DNA from: a virus
Lineage: Duplodnaviria; Caudoviricetes
Length of the DNA: 64,000 nucleotides
Virus record (IMG/VR): IMGVR_UViG_3300048854_000060
Location: 6,604-70,603 of that record
Reading direction: 5' to 3' (one strand)
The notes under the pieces are model-generated. The model was not told the origin of the DNA. It saw only the letters and a list, made by a program, of their open reading frames with translations, and searched no databases. Below are positions 45,438 to 53,879 of this stretch, piece after piece. Every line of letters starts with the position of its first letter. Within the stretch, counting starts at the first letter, position 1. A program made the translations under genes and the position numbers.

Positions 45438-46159
45438 AGGTATTTCTCCGAAGGCAGCGTTGAGGTTTTAGGCGGGGCAGAACCTATCTGCCCGATATAG
45501 CCTGCAAACTTCGTCGCGTTGAACAGCGTTTCGGGCCGCAGGTACTTCGACCACTTCGGGTCATCGATCCACTCGATAACCTTGGCATCAATCACTGCTT
45601 TGCAGTCGTCTTCCGTCGCACCCTCATCGAGTCGAGCGCGAATGAACTTCAAGCTGGACTCCACAGGCTGATACGCACGTCCCGCCTTTTCGTTCAGGTA
45701 TTCCAAAATCTGCTTTGCAGTGTCGGGCTTGCCCGACGTAATACCGTCTTCGTCTTCGTCTTCGTCTTCGTCTTCGTCTAAGTGAGCAGTTGCAGGAACT
45801 TGCTTAGCAGGTGCTAACGGTTGCTTAGCGGTAGGTATCGGGTTCGGGCATTTGCTTTCTTTTGCACGTACCTGCTGGCGAAAGTCTGCAAGCTCTAAGT
45901 ACTGCTTAGCGGATACTTCGTAGACCAATGCGAGATCAGCCTTTTGAACCTCTTCAAGCCATTGCGCCACATCAGAATCGCTGACGGTATCTAAACGAAG
46001 CGGATAGCATGCGGCCCGAAGCAACTTCGGATTTGCGGAATAGCGCCCGAAGTCATCCACGACTGACATGAGTCGACGATAGAAAACTTCGGCCGCAGGC
46101 GAGAGCAGATCGACACGCTCGCTCGTCAAGATTCCTTCCCGAAGAATTCGAACTGGCAC
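45434..46159 (-). CDS. Replication initiator (conserved phage C-terminal domain)
   Basis: YLNEKAG..Y...I.ARL...YLRPETLF..KF.GY. Confidence 0.85.
   Translation of the reverse strand: MPVRILREGILTSERVDLLSPAAEVFYRRLMSVVDDFGRYSANPKLLRAACYPLRLDTVSDSDVAQWLEEVQKADLALVYEVSAKQYLELADFRQQVRAKESKCPNPIPTAKQPLAPAKQVPATAHLDEDEDEDEDEDGITSGKPDTAKQILEYLNEKAGRAYQPVESSLKFIRARLDEGATEDDCKAVIDAKVIEWIDDPKWSKYLRPETLFNATKFAGYIGQIGSAPPKTSTLPSEKYL
45745..45779 (+). repeat. (CGTCTT) x5.8 microsatellite encoding a poly-DE linker
   Basis: Directly visible. Confidence 0.9.
45801..45910. repeat. Candidate replication-origin iterons
   Basis: TGCTTAGC at 45801, 45822, 45903; variant TGCTAACG at 45812; inside initiator gene as in lambda O. 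Confidence 0.55.
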
Positions 46160-46399
46160 TTACTTCCCCTTCAACAAATAAGCCTGCAGCCGCCTGATTG
46201 CCTCACCAGCCATGCGCGTAGCCGGCGTATCTTCACGGCACATCTGCATGCGATGTAGCAACTCAGACAGCGCTGCCAGATCAGGATCAGCAATCGGAAA
46301 GGCCTCAGTGCGCGATCTGGACGACTCAATCGCCGCGACGACCTGTTCCGCGTACGAAAGCTGCCCCGGCTTGTTGAGATCGAACATTTCGCACCTCAT
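46160..46399 (-). CDS. Hypothetical protein
   Basis: ORF track. Confidence 0.55.
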   Translation of the reverse strand: MRCEMFDLNKPGQLSYAEQVVAAIESSRSRTEAFPIADPDLAALSELLHRMQMCREDTPATRMAGEAIRRLQAYLLKGK

Positions 46400-46579
46400 G
46401 GTTAGTGCCCCAAGATCAGTAATCCCGCGCTGCAGGCAACGATTCCTGACAGCAGGACGATGCCTCCAACAACAATCAACGTTTTCATGCTTCTGCCTCG
46501 TTTGCCGTTAGTACAACTATCTGGTGGTAGTGCGCCGGTCAAATCGGCCGGCGCCTGCTTCAGTGTTTCGGTTCCTGCA

Positions 46580-46774
46580 TCAACCCGTAGCCCGATCGTC
46601 GCAATCGCCAAAATACCGGCGTGGGTCCCTGCGAAGCTCTTCTACGTCCCATTCTGGTAGTGGCTCATTCGACTGCCACTGTCCAGCTTTCCTGCCCCCT
46701 ACGAATCGCGTGTATGTGTTGGTCTTCGTATCAATCACCAACAACGCAACGCGGCTCGAACCTCGTTTTGTCAT
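46580..46774 (-). CDS. Hypothetical protein
   Basis: ORF track; overlap with cII-like stop. Confidence 0.5.
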   Translation of the reverse strand: MTKRGSSRVALLVIDTKTNTYTRFVGGRKAGQWQSNEPLPEWDVEELRRDPRRYFGDCDDRATG

Positions 46775-47187
46775 GCGGCTCGTGCCCCCCTCTCTCTGGA
46801 TAATTGCTCCTCAACCAGACGCGCAACCAGCGCCTCCATCCCAGCCGGTAAATCCGGCTTTTCTAACATTTCGTCTAACTGGCGTTCGCGCATTTCCGAG
46901 TACTGCTGGATAGCCTTGTTGGAACAAAGGCGTTGCAGCAGCGTTTCCTGATCGCGATCCAAGCGTCCGATGCCCATCTTTACTTTGGCGAGCTGCGGAC
47001 GTTTGAACCCGAGATAAGCGGCGATTTCGCCTTCCTGCAATTTCCTAATACGGCTTTCGAGGCAGAGACATACAGCGTCGCTGTAGTCCTTGCATGACTC
47101 GATCAACGCCTTATCGAGTTCACGAAGCGGAGGGATATGTGTCAGGACCGGAAGTGCGTCCTGAGCCATCTCATAGAAAGATTTCAT
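46771..47187 (-). CDS. CII-like regulator
   Basis: HTH (EIAAYLGFKRPQLAKVK); position after cro. Confidence 0.6.
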   Translation of the reverse strand: MKSFYEMAQDALPVLTHIPPLRELDKALIESCKDYSDAVCLCLESRIRKLQEGEIAAYLGFKRPQLAKVKMGIGRLDRDQETLLQRLCSNKAIQQYSEMRERQLDEMLEKPDLPAGMEALVARLVEEQLSRERGARAA

Positions 47188-47304
47188 GGCGTCTGGTTGA
47201 ATTTCCTGCTGGTTCTTCTTGAGTTTCCCGTTGAAACTGGGGCCAAATGAAGGCGTCGCTAAGGACGCCTAAATCGCAAAACTATGAAAACGAAAACTGA
47301 ATTA

Positions 47305-47640
47305 CTAAGCAGCCAACTTTGCTTCTTTGATCTTCCGGTTAGACGTGCCGCCAGGATTGTTTTGGGCGTCGTCGCTGGCCTTGACTCGTTCTACAATGTC
47401 GCTGTCGGCGATCGACTGCGCCGAGCTTCGGATGTATGCCCAATCGACATCGGGTCGAAGGTCTTCCACACGGACAACTCCCGCAGAAGCCTTCTCGATC
47501 TCAATGGCCAAAGACTCAGCACACCGACGTTGCTTGTAGGCGATCTGCCAGAGATACGCGACGGAGGTTCCGACCTGAGCGGCGAACGCATCGCGCTCCA
47601 CTTTGGTCAGTCCTTTGAAGTAGGTGTGAAAGGTATCCAT
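47305..47640 (-). CDS. cro: Cro-like repressor (YdaS family)
   Basis: FAAQVGTS.AYL.QI.Y..R...LA..IE.AS.G.V..EDLRPD.DW. Confidence 0.85.
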   Translation of the reverse strand: MDTFHTYFKGLTKVERDAFAAQVGTSVAYLWQIAYKQRRCAESLAIEIEKASAGVVRVEDLRPDVDWAYIRSSAQSIADSDIVERVKASDDAQNNPGGTSNRKIKEAKLAA

Positions 47641-47648
47641 GGCTATAA

Positions 47649-47710
47649 CGATAGCATTTGCTGTCGTATAACGCAAGCACTTGCTCGCGAAACGATAGCT
47701 TTTGCAATCA
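47649..47710. promoter_or_regulatory. OR: three 18-bp operators with PR
   Basis: CGATAGCATTTGCTGTCG (47649), CGCAAGCACTTGCTCGCG (47672), CGATAGCTTTTGCAATCA (47693); minus-strand TTGCGT-17-TATCGT. Confidence 0.85.
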
Positions 47711-47744
47711 CAGCAAATGCTAGTTTTCGGATTTAATTCGGGCT

Positions 47745-48548
47745 ATGGATATCAATGCACACCGCCGGGCGCGGTTACAGGAATTAGTCGACCAACGAGC
47801 TGCCGGTAACGTCGAGGAATTTGCACGCACGCACCCGCTCGCAGTTGGGGCTACCCGACTGCGGCAGATGCTCAATCCGAATTATCGGAACGGCAGCGGG
47901 TTCAAGGAAGGCGCGGCACGGAAGCTCGAGAAGGCGCTGAATTTGCCCGACCTCTATTTCGACCGTGGCATCGAGAGCGCGTTGGCTGCGGAGCACGAAA
48001 AAAGTATCCCCGATGCCTCGATCAGCGCACCAAATAGTGGCGTGATTGTTAAATCGAATGCGAGCGACATAAGTACTCTGGATGCAGGAGACCTACCAAA
48101 TCCAACATCCGAAGAGTTCGCTTTCGTGCCCCAATTAGATATCGCTGCGGCCTGCGGCAATGGCCGGTTTGAGGATCACGTCGTGGTCAAGGGCGGTCTG
48201 GCGTTCAAGAAATCATTTTTGCGCGAGAAAGGCGTCCCAGAACATGCCGCCAGGATCATCCACGCGTCTGGCGGCAGCATGTCTCCAACGCTTCAGGATG
48301 GGTGCGTGGTGCTTTTGAACCTCGCTGATACCGAGCCGCGAGACGGAAAAGTATTTGCCATTTGTAAGCCTGATGACGGCTTGGTGCTGAAGCGCCTCAT
48401 ATGGGATTTCCACCCCTCCATGGGACGCCAAACGTGGATTTTGAGAAGTGATAACCCTGACAAGATCGCTCATCCAGATAAAGTTTTGCCGCCCGATGAT
48501 CGGACAATGATTGCCGGCCGCGCTGTTTGGAACGACAATCAGCTATGA
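47745..48548 (+). CDS. cI: CI repressor with S24 peptidase domain
   Basis: N-terminal HTH; A.CG.G cleavage region; G.SMSPTL.DG; LVLKRL. Confidence 0.92.
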   Translation: MDINAHRRARLQELVDQRAAGNVEEFARTHPLAVGATRLRQMLNPNYRNGSGFKEGAARKLEKALNLPDLYFDRGIESALAAEHEKSIPDASISAPNSGVIVKSNASDISTLDAGDLPNPTSEEFAFVPQLDIAAACGNGRFEDHVVVKGGLAFKKSFLREKGVPEHAARIIHASGGSMSPTLQDGCVVLLNLADTEPRDGKVFAICKPDDGLVLKRLIWDFHPSMGRQTWILRSDNPDKIAHPDKVLPPDDRTMIAGRAVWNDNQL

Positions 48549-48590
48549 TTGCGAGTCGCTAAAAACCACAAAACGGGGTAAGCAGCGAAG

Positions 48591-48833
48591 ATGAGCGACG
48601 ACGCCAAAGCGCGAATCGATAAGATGGAGTCGGACATAAACGAGATGTTTTCGGTTTATGGCGGCCTGTATGAAGGTGTCCGGGAAGTCGTTGTGGATAT
48701 CGTTGGGAAGGTCAAGGAACGCACCAACGAGGCACTTGAGGAGCGGGATCGCGAGCTTCTGGACATCGCACGACGATTGACTGATTTGATTAGTGCCGTG
48801 GCGGATAAAATAGAGAAGACTACCCTTGACTGA
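48591..48833 (+). CDS. Acidic coiled-coil protein in cI transcript
   Basis: ORF track. Confidence 0.6.
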   Translation: MSDDAKARIDKMESDINEMFSVYGGLYEGVREVVVDIVGKVKERTNEALEERDRELLDIARRLTDLISAVADKIEKTTLD

Positions 48834-49158
48834 AGCCGAAGAGTTGATACGGCGGATACGCAACATGCCTCCGCCGCCAAAAGGACCGGACATTGACGGG
48901 CAACGTAGTTCAGGGGATGATGGCGGCATGGAAGCACGGATCTCAGCGCTAGAAGCCGCCAATCTCGAGACTCGCGATCGACTCGCGAGGATTGAAACTC
49001 GCCTTGAAACTGTCGCAACCAAGGCCGATCTTGGAGACATGCGGACTGCACTTCATCAAGAAATCAATGCCCAAACATGGAAATTGGTGACATTCGTATG
49101 CAGTTTCGGCACCGCTTTGGTGGCGGTCACGTACTTTATTGCAAACCACGTCAAATGA
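48826..49158 (+). CDS. Coiled-coil protein with C-terminal TM (XhlA/DUF1640-like)
   Basis: MEARISALE...ATKADL...W..TM. Confidence 0.7.
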   Translation: MTEAEELIRRIRNMPPPPKGPDIDGQRSSGDDGGMEARISALEAANLETRDRLARIETRLETVATKADLGDMRTALHQEINAQTWKLVTFVCSFGTALVAVTYFIANHVK

Positions 49159-49229
49159 GTCCACGGCGCAAGCCGTCTTGAGTCTATCGCACTAAAGTGC
49201 GGCAGCGGCCCCGTTAGGGGCGTCGAACT

Positions 49230-49256
49230 AAGCCCAGCCCCGAACTGGGCTTTTTC
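49230..49256 (+). terminator. Terminator of cI operon
   Basis: AGCCCAG/CTGGGCT stem followed by T5. Confidence 0.75.
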
Positions 49257-49335
49257 ATTCCTCCGGACCTTACCCGACCTTATCCATCTTATGGTCAGTG
49301 CCGCAAGTTTCGTCAACCGGCCCCTGCGCCGGGTT

Positions 49336-49533
49336 TCATTTCTGCCTCTGCGCAAACCCCTCCCGCCACAGCGTGGCACCGACCGACGTCAATAGCGCCA
49401 GGTCATCTCCGTACCGATCCCAATTCTCCGACAGCCAGCCAGCAAAGCCCGCTATCGCTTCGTCTAGCGGTATCTCGGCACGTCCCTCGATGTTCAGACG
49501 TTCAAAGATGGTGATTACATCGTCTGGCGTCAT
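49336..49533 (-). CDS. Small hypothetical protein
   Basis: GGAGG RBS; MTPDDVITIFERLN... Confidence 0.65.
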   Translation of the reverse strand: MTPDDVITIFERLNIEGRAEIPLDEAIAGFAGWLSENWDRYGDDLALLTSVGATLWREGFAQRQK

Positions 49534-49594
49534 GGGGCCTCCGTATTCGACCTTCAGTCTAGAACACGTCGTCGACAAAAAATTTATCGTTCAG

Positions 49595-49636
49595 CGATAG
49601 CTTTTGCTTGCGTTAAACGAGAGCGTTTGCTATTGT
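49595..49636 (+). promoter_or_regulatory. OL: two 18-bp operators with PL
   Basis: CGATAGCTTTTGCTTGCG (49595), CGAGAGCGTTTGCTATTG (49618); TTGCGT-17-TATTGT. Confidence 0.85.
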
Positions 49637-49674
49637 TCACTCATCGCAGCAGCAACTACCTACTGGAGAGCGAG

Positions 49675-49818
49675 ATGAGCCAAGCGACATACAAGCTTTA
49701 CGAGCACACCTGCCGTGACGCCGGTTACTCGCCGCGCATCTCTCCTTGCCGTGCTTGCCTGTCGCAGATGTCGAAGAATGCCGTCGAGTTGGCGCAGCGC
49801 AAAGGCAAGCGGAACTAA
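49675..49818 (+). CDS. 47-aa first PL gene
   Basis: GGAGAG RBS; C...C..C, basic C-terminus. Confidence 0.6.
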   Translation: MSQATYKLYEHTCRDAGYSPRISPCRACLSQMSKNAVELAQRKGKRN

Positions 49819-49863
49819 AGGTCGAAACCGCCGCAGCTCATTGCGATGAAAAGGGGAAGGAAG

Positions 49864-50076
49864 ATGCTGAAAGACATGCACATCGGCGTTAGCCCGCTGA
49901 CTCAAAAGATCGTCGCGTATCGCGGAAAGAACGGGGTTGCTACGTCGAAGAGTGATGACCTGACGAGCGAGGCGGTTTTCTCAGTTGCTCATCTGATTCT
50001 GATGAGCGGCGAGCCGGTGACAACAGTTCTTGACGGTGAAGTGTTTGAACTTCGGATTCACGCTAAAGCGAAATAA
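49864..50076 (+). CDS. Hypothetical protein
   Basis: GGAAG RBS; IGVSPLT..I.A motif. Confidence 0.6.
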   Translation: MLKDMHIGVSPLTQKIVAYRGKNGVATSKSDDLTSEAVFSVAHLILMSGEPVTTVLDGEVFELRIHAKAK

Positions 50077-51340
50077 CTGTCTCCAACGTTAAGGCCTCGA
50101 GCCTTACCGATGCAGATAGCAACGCAGTAGAGGAACACAGGCGCAAGGCGTCGCCTGGTTGGGCAAGTGATCTTTAACCTGACTAGAAGGCATACCAGTA
50201 ATGGCGGGGCCAACGCGCTACCCCGGAAAAGATCGGCGCCTATCAGTGATCCGCCTGACCGACAGCTTCGGTTAAAGAACGGATCACTGATTGATAACCG
50301 CCGCACCTGAGCCGGAGCCAGCATAGCTGGGAGTAGCCGGAGTGGTGCGGCCACGCAGTTTCAGTGGAGCGCCCTAGAGATCCAGTGGGCGCGGCCTGAT
50401 GTGTCGGCAAATCCGGCGTCGGGCGACACGAGTGGTAGCGCACTCAAAATCAAAAACGCATAACGAGCGAACCGGTGTGAACTCCGGTGGCAGGGTTGGT
50501 GAACCTAACCTCCCTGTGATGTTTTCCCGAAGTGGCGATCGGGGTATAGGGCGCTCCACTGAGACTGAATCGAATTAGCCGCCGGCACGCGAAAGCGTGG
50601 GCTTGTTGGGGACGCCCGGTAGCACCCAACCCTCAAGTGAGCACGGGGAATTTTGCTGAACGACGTACAGCAAGTAGCTCATTAGCTCCGTCCGACTTGC
50701 CGCCGTTAGCGGCTCTGAATCCCTGAGCGCCCGGTAGATAGGGCGGCGCAACGCAAAGGTCCACGTCCCATGCGAAGCGCGGCTAAGACGTGGCGCCGGT
50801 GTGATAGCGAAACGCACTGACAGGCCGGAAAGTACGGTCCACCTGGCGCCAATGATGAGCGCGTCGCCGGACGATAGTAACCGGCATGAATTGATGGGTT
50901 GCGGTCGCGCATCCCTTAACCGGTGGCCTGGTAATCAGGGAACCCGCATCTTCCGAGTCTTGCAAGGCGTAGGCCCCGGGCACGGGACAGGAAGTCGAAA
51001 AGCGGAGAAATACGGGCGCAACAGTTGGGCGGCTGACACTCCGGAAAGACGGAGACTGATTTCTAGTGCCCCGGGTTGGACCACGGCGAACTTGTCTATT
51101 CGTGCGGTGGCGCAGTTCGATTCTGCGCAGGGGCGCCAAAGAAATTGCACCCAGGTAGATGGGCATCAAACCCCATCGGTGCGTGCGGCTCGCTGATCGA
51201 CGAGCAATAAAGACTTGATCTCCGCGCCCCTTAAAGTCGGGCTTGGCAAGCTGCGGATGGGGCCACACGGACGGGCGCCTTGCCGGACGCGTCGCCGGAT
51301 ACGTAACCGGCACCACGATTTCTCTTACAAATGCTGATTC
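50077..51340 (+). ncRNA. About 1.3-kb highly structured non-coding region
   Basis: No credible ORF; 16-bp and 12-bp perfect inverted repeats; many hairpins; repeated motifs. Confidence 0.65.
51068..51138 (+). ncRNA. tRNA-like element 1 (71 nt, CCA end, no D-arm)
   Basis: GCCCCGG/CAGGGGC-G-CCA acceptor; CGCAG-TTCGATT-CTGCG T-arm. Confidence 0.6.
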
Positions 51341-51411
51341 TCGCGAGTCGGTAGCGTTAAGGGATATCTGAAGCGGCGTTTATACCGATAAGTACTACTA
51401 ATGGAGTAATC

Positions 51412-51615
51412 ATGGCAACCAAGCAAGCAAAACCTGACTGGCTGAAAGCGAAAGTTCGCACATCGCGCATGACGATGGACATTGATGGCCCGCTCAAGTC
51501 AGCGCTGCCCGACATGATATACATGCTCGACGCAAAGGGACGCGAAGCGGTTATCGCAAAGATGCAAAGGCTTCACGCGGATATTTGCCAGCGCGAAGCA
51601 GAGCAGGCCGCCTAG
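51412..51615 (+). CDS. Hypothetical protein
   Basis: GGAG RBS; ORF track. Confidence 0.6.
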   Translation: MATKQAKPDWLKAKVRTSRMTMDIDGPLKSALPDMIYMLDAKGREAVIAKMQRLHADICQREAEQAA

Positions 51616-51778
51616 GATCCCACCATGCCCGCCCAGCGCGCAGTACACCGCCTGATGACGGTAGCAAAAGAGAAGTTACAGCACCTTGGCTTCGTCTACC
51701 GGATCGACCGGGTAACGCTGACGGGCAGGGTGCTTGATTCGGAGTATGTCCAACTCGATCTGATCGCGTGGTGCTGAT

Positions 51779-51985
51779 ATGGACCTCGACGCCTGGCGAA
51801 ACCGCCCCCTCACAGTCCGCACATTCGAGCATTGCGATAGCTGCTCGACGCTGAAGGAAGACGTCGAGACGCGAACTCACAGGAGTTATTGGCCGACATA
51901 CGAAATCAGCCTGAAATCGTGTGCGCCGTGCTTCGAGGCTGCGAAGCGCGAGGCGGCGGCCGAATTCAACGTAACGATTTGCTAG
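51779..51985 (+). CDS. Small Zn-finger-like protein
   Basis: CDSC...CAPC. Confidence 0.6.
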   Translation: MDLDAWRNRPLTVRTFEHCDSCSTLKEDVETRTHRSYWPTYEISLKSCAPCFEAAKREAAAEFNVTIC

Positions 51986-52104
51986 GAGACTGAAATGGAC
52001 AACAGCATCTATCTGATTTTCGCCGCATCGCTGGTTTTCGTTTCCGCGATCGCGTGGAGTTGCGCTCGTATGGGCAGTGAATCTGACAAGCGGATGGGAA
52101 TGAA

Positions 52105-52299
52105 ATGAAGAAGCAACGAGGTAATTCATCGGCAGGCTTCCTTTTGCTCCTGCTGTTCGTGCTTTCCTTTGCCGGCTGGCTCACGCACATCATTGACTGC
52201 CTAACGCACCAACTTTACGTGCTCCTGCTCGTCGGCGTGTTTGTGTTCCCGGTTGGAATCTTCCATGGGATTGGGGTTTGGTTTGGTCTCTGGGCATAG
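52105..52299 (+). CDS. Small membrane protein
   Basis: Two TM segments; FPVGIFHGIG.W. Confidence 0.65.
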   Translation: MKKQRGNSSAGFLLLLLFVLSFAGWLTHIIDCLTHQLYVLLLVGVFVFPVGIFHGIGVWFGLWA

Positions 52300-52308
52300 G
52301 GAGCAGCA

Positions 52309-52557
52309 ATGAAACGCATCGCATTGATTCTAGTCAGTCTCACCATGCTCTCAGCATGCACCGACGAGACTGCAGCGCGCAAAGCGCTTGAAGCATCTGG
52401 GTTCACTGACGTCAAGCTGACGGGCTATTCGTACTTCGGGTGCGACAAGAACGACACATTCTCGACGGGGTTTGAAGCCCGAGGTCCCCAAGGTCAATTC
52501 ACCGAAGGCGTCGTCTGCTCTGGCTGGATGAAGGGCGCAACGATCCGGTTTGAATAA
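52309..52557 (+). CDS. Lipoprotein
   Basis: LSAC lipobox; C.K.D...TGF.A...G...GVVC. Confidence 0.8.
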   Translation: MKRIALILVSLTMLSACTDETAARKALEASGFTDVKLTGYSYFGCDKNDTFSTGFEARGPQGQFTEGVVCSGWMKGATIRFE

Positions 52558-52832
52558 GGCGACTGACATGCAACCCAAAACCGATCTCGACGACTTTATC
52601 GAATTCACGCGCGCATGGCTCGACGAGCAGCAGAGCAAGCAGGATGCGCTAGATGAGGCGGCATGGCTCCGATTCCGCGCGAAGGTGCTGGGGCCGTTTG
52701 ATTGAATACTAAGCGACGGCCGCTGGAGTTTTGGTTATAAGCCGCAGCGGTGAGACGCCGCGACGAACTCAACGCGACACCTGCCGGGCCTGTAGTGGGC
52801 GCAAGGAGTGGTGCGACAGCCGGAGAGACGGC

Positions 52833-52983
52833 GCCCTGATGGATGCAGATGGCGGAATTGGTAGACGCAGGCGACTAGGGTAAATCGCAAATCGTTGATG
52901 AGCGAGGCGCCAGAACTCGGGATCGTAAAACCCGAAATCGCCGGCAGCTCCGGGTTCGAGTCCCGGTCTGCATCCATCAGGGC
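52833..52983 (+). ncRNA. tRNA-like element 2 (Leu-type D-arm, 63-nt anticodon loop, 17-bp acceptor stem)
   Basis: TGGCGGAATTGGTAGACGC; GGCGA/TCGCC; CCGGG-TTCGAGT-CCCGG. Confidence 0.8.
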
Positions 52984-53061
52984 CAAAGCGGATGTTGCGC
53001 GGAAGGCTGTACGAGTAAGCGCAGTGCAGCGAGTAACCCTGACAAACATTTCGGAGTACGT

Positions 53062-53277
53062 ATGGGACAGCATGCAAACGCCCGTGCCTGGGCAGAGTAC
53101 GAACGCCTTGACCGCAAGAGGCAGGAAGAGTCGTTTGAGGCCGAGCCGCCTTTGACCGAGGAAGAAAAGGTAGCCGCTTGGGATGACTCGTATTGGGAAC
53201 GCCTAGATGCTGTGGCTCGGTACGCAGCACCCGTTCGACATGTGGTGCTGTTCGATGAGATGGGGAGGGCGGGATGA
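53062..53277 (+). CDS. Hypothetical acidic protein
   Basis: GGAG RBS. Confidence 0.55.
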   Translation: MGQHANARAWAEYERLDRKRQEESFEAEPPLTEEEKVAAWDDSYWERLDAVARYAAPVRHVVLFDEMGRAG

Positions 53278-53501
53278 GCGAGATCAAAGACGGTGGGCCG
53301 GCGTTTCCTCGCCCGGCTGGTGACTACAACGGGACGAAGATCGGCAACGGAGCGCAGCGCGGTATCAGCGCGCGCGACTACTTCGCGGCCAAATTCATGC
53401 CGGCAATCTGGCAGAAGCATGAGCCGCTCAATGACTACGACTGCGCATTGCGCGCCTATCAAATGGCTGACGCCATGCTACGCGCCCGAGGTGCCGCATG
53501 A
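53274..53501 (+). CDS. Conserved phage protein (GGPAFP...RDYFAAK family)
   Basis: Characteristic motifs. Confidence 0.75.
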   Translation: MSEIKDGGPAFPRPAGDYNGTKIGNGAQRGISARDYFAAKFMPAIWQKHEPLNDYDCALRAYQMADAMLRARGAA

Positions 53502-53672
53502 GCGCCACCTACGAACGCACAGACGACTACGTCACGGTCATATCCGACGCCGGCCGCCAACGTCTCGCCGCCGAGCAGCGCGACAAGCAAGCCGAGATAC
53601 GAATTTGGACTTTGGGAGCCAGCATCGCGGCTATTGCCGGGCTGGTGCTTAAGCAGATTTTGGGGAGTTGAT

Positions 53673-53879
53673 ATGCAAACGCCTAAGAAGATGGATGACT
53701 TGCGATTCTGGAACACACGCGATGCATTGACGGAAGCCGAGCGCCAGGAAGTGCGCCGCAGCCGGCAACGTGAGGCGCTTGGACTCGGCGAGCCGCGCGT
53801 GTTTATCAGCGGCGCATATATCCCGCCGAGCGTCGCACGCCAGTTCCACCACATTGACTGGCTGCGGGGTGCAGCGTGA
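53673..53879 (+). CDS. Hypothetical protein
   Basis: GGGGAG RBS. Confidence 0.55.
   Translation: MQTPKKMDDLRFWNTRDALTEAERQEVRRSRQREALGLGEPRVFISGAYIPPSVARQFHHIDWLRGAA

Noticed and set aside
50817-51054. Hammerhead ribozyme (CTGA..., GAAA)
   Set aside because: Has CTGACA rather than CUGANGA, and the GAAA sits in a terminal loop rather than the core.
50243-51316. ORF-track proteins across the structured region (e.g. 50801-51196, 50783-51316)
   Set aside because: No RBS, low-complexity Arg/Pro/Ser composition, and they overlap extensive base-paired elements.
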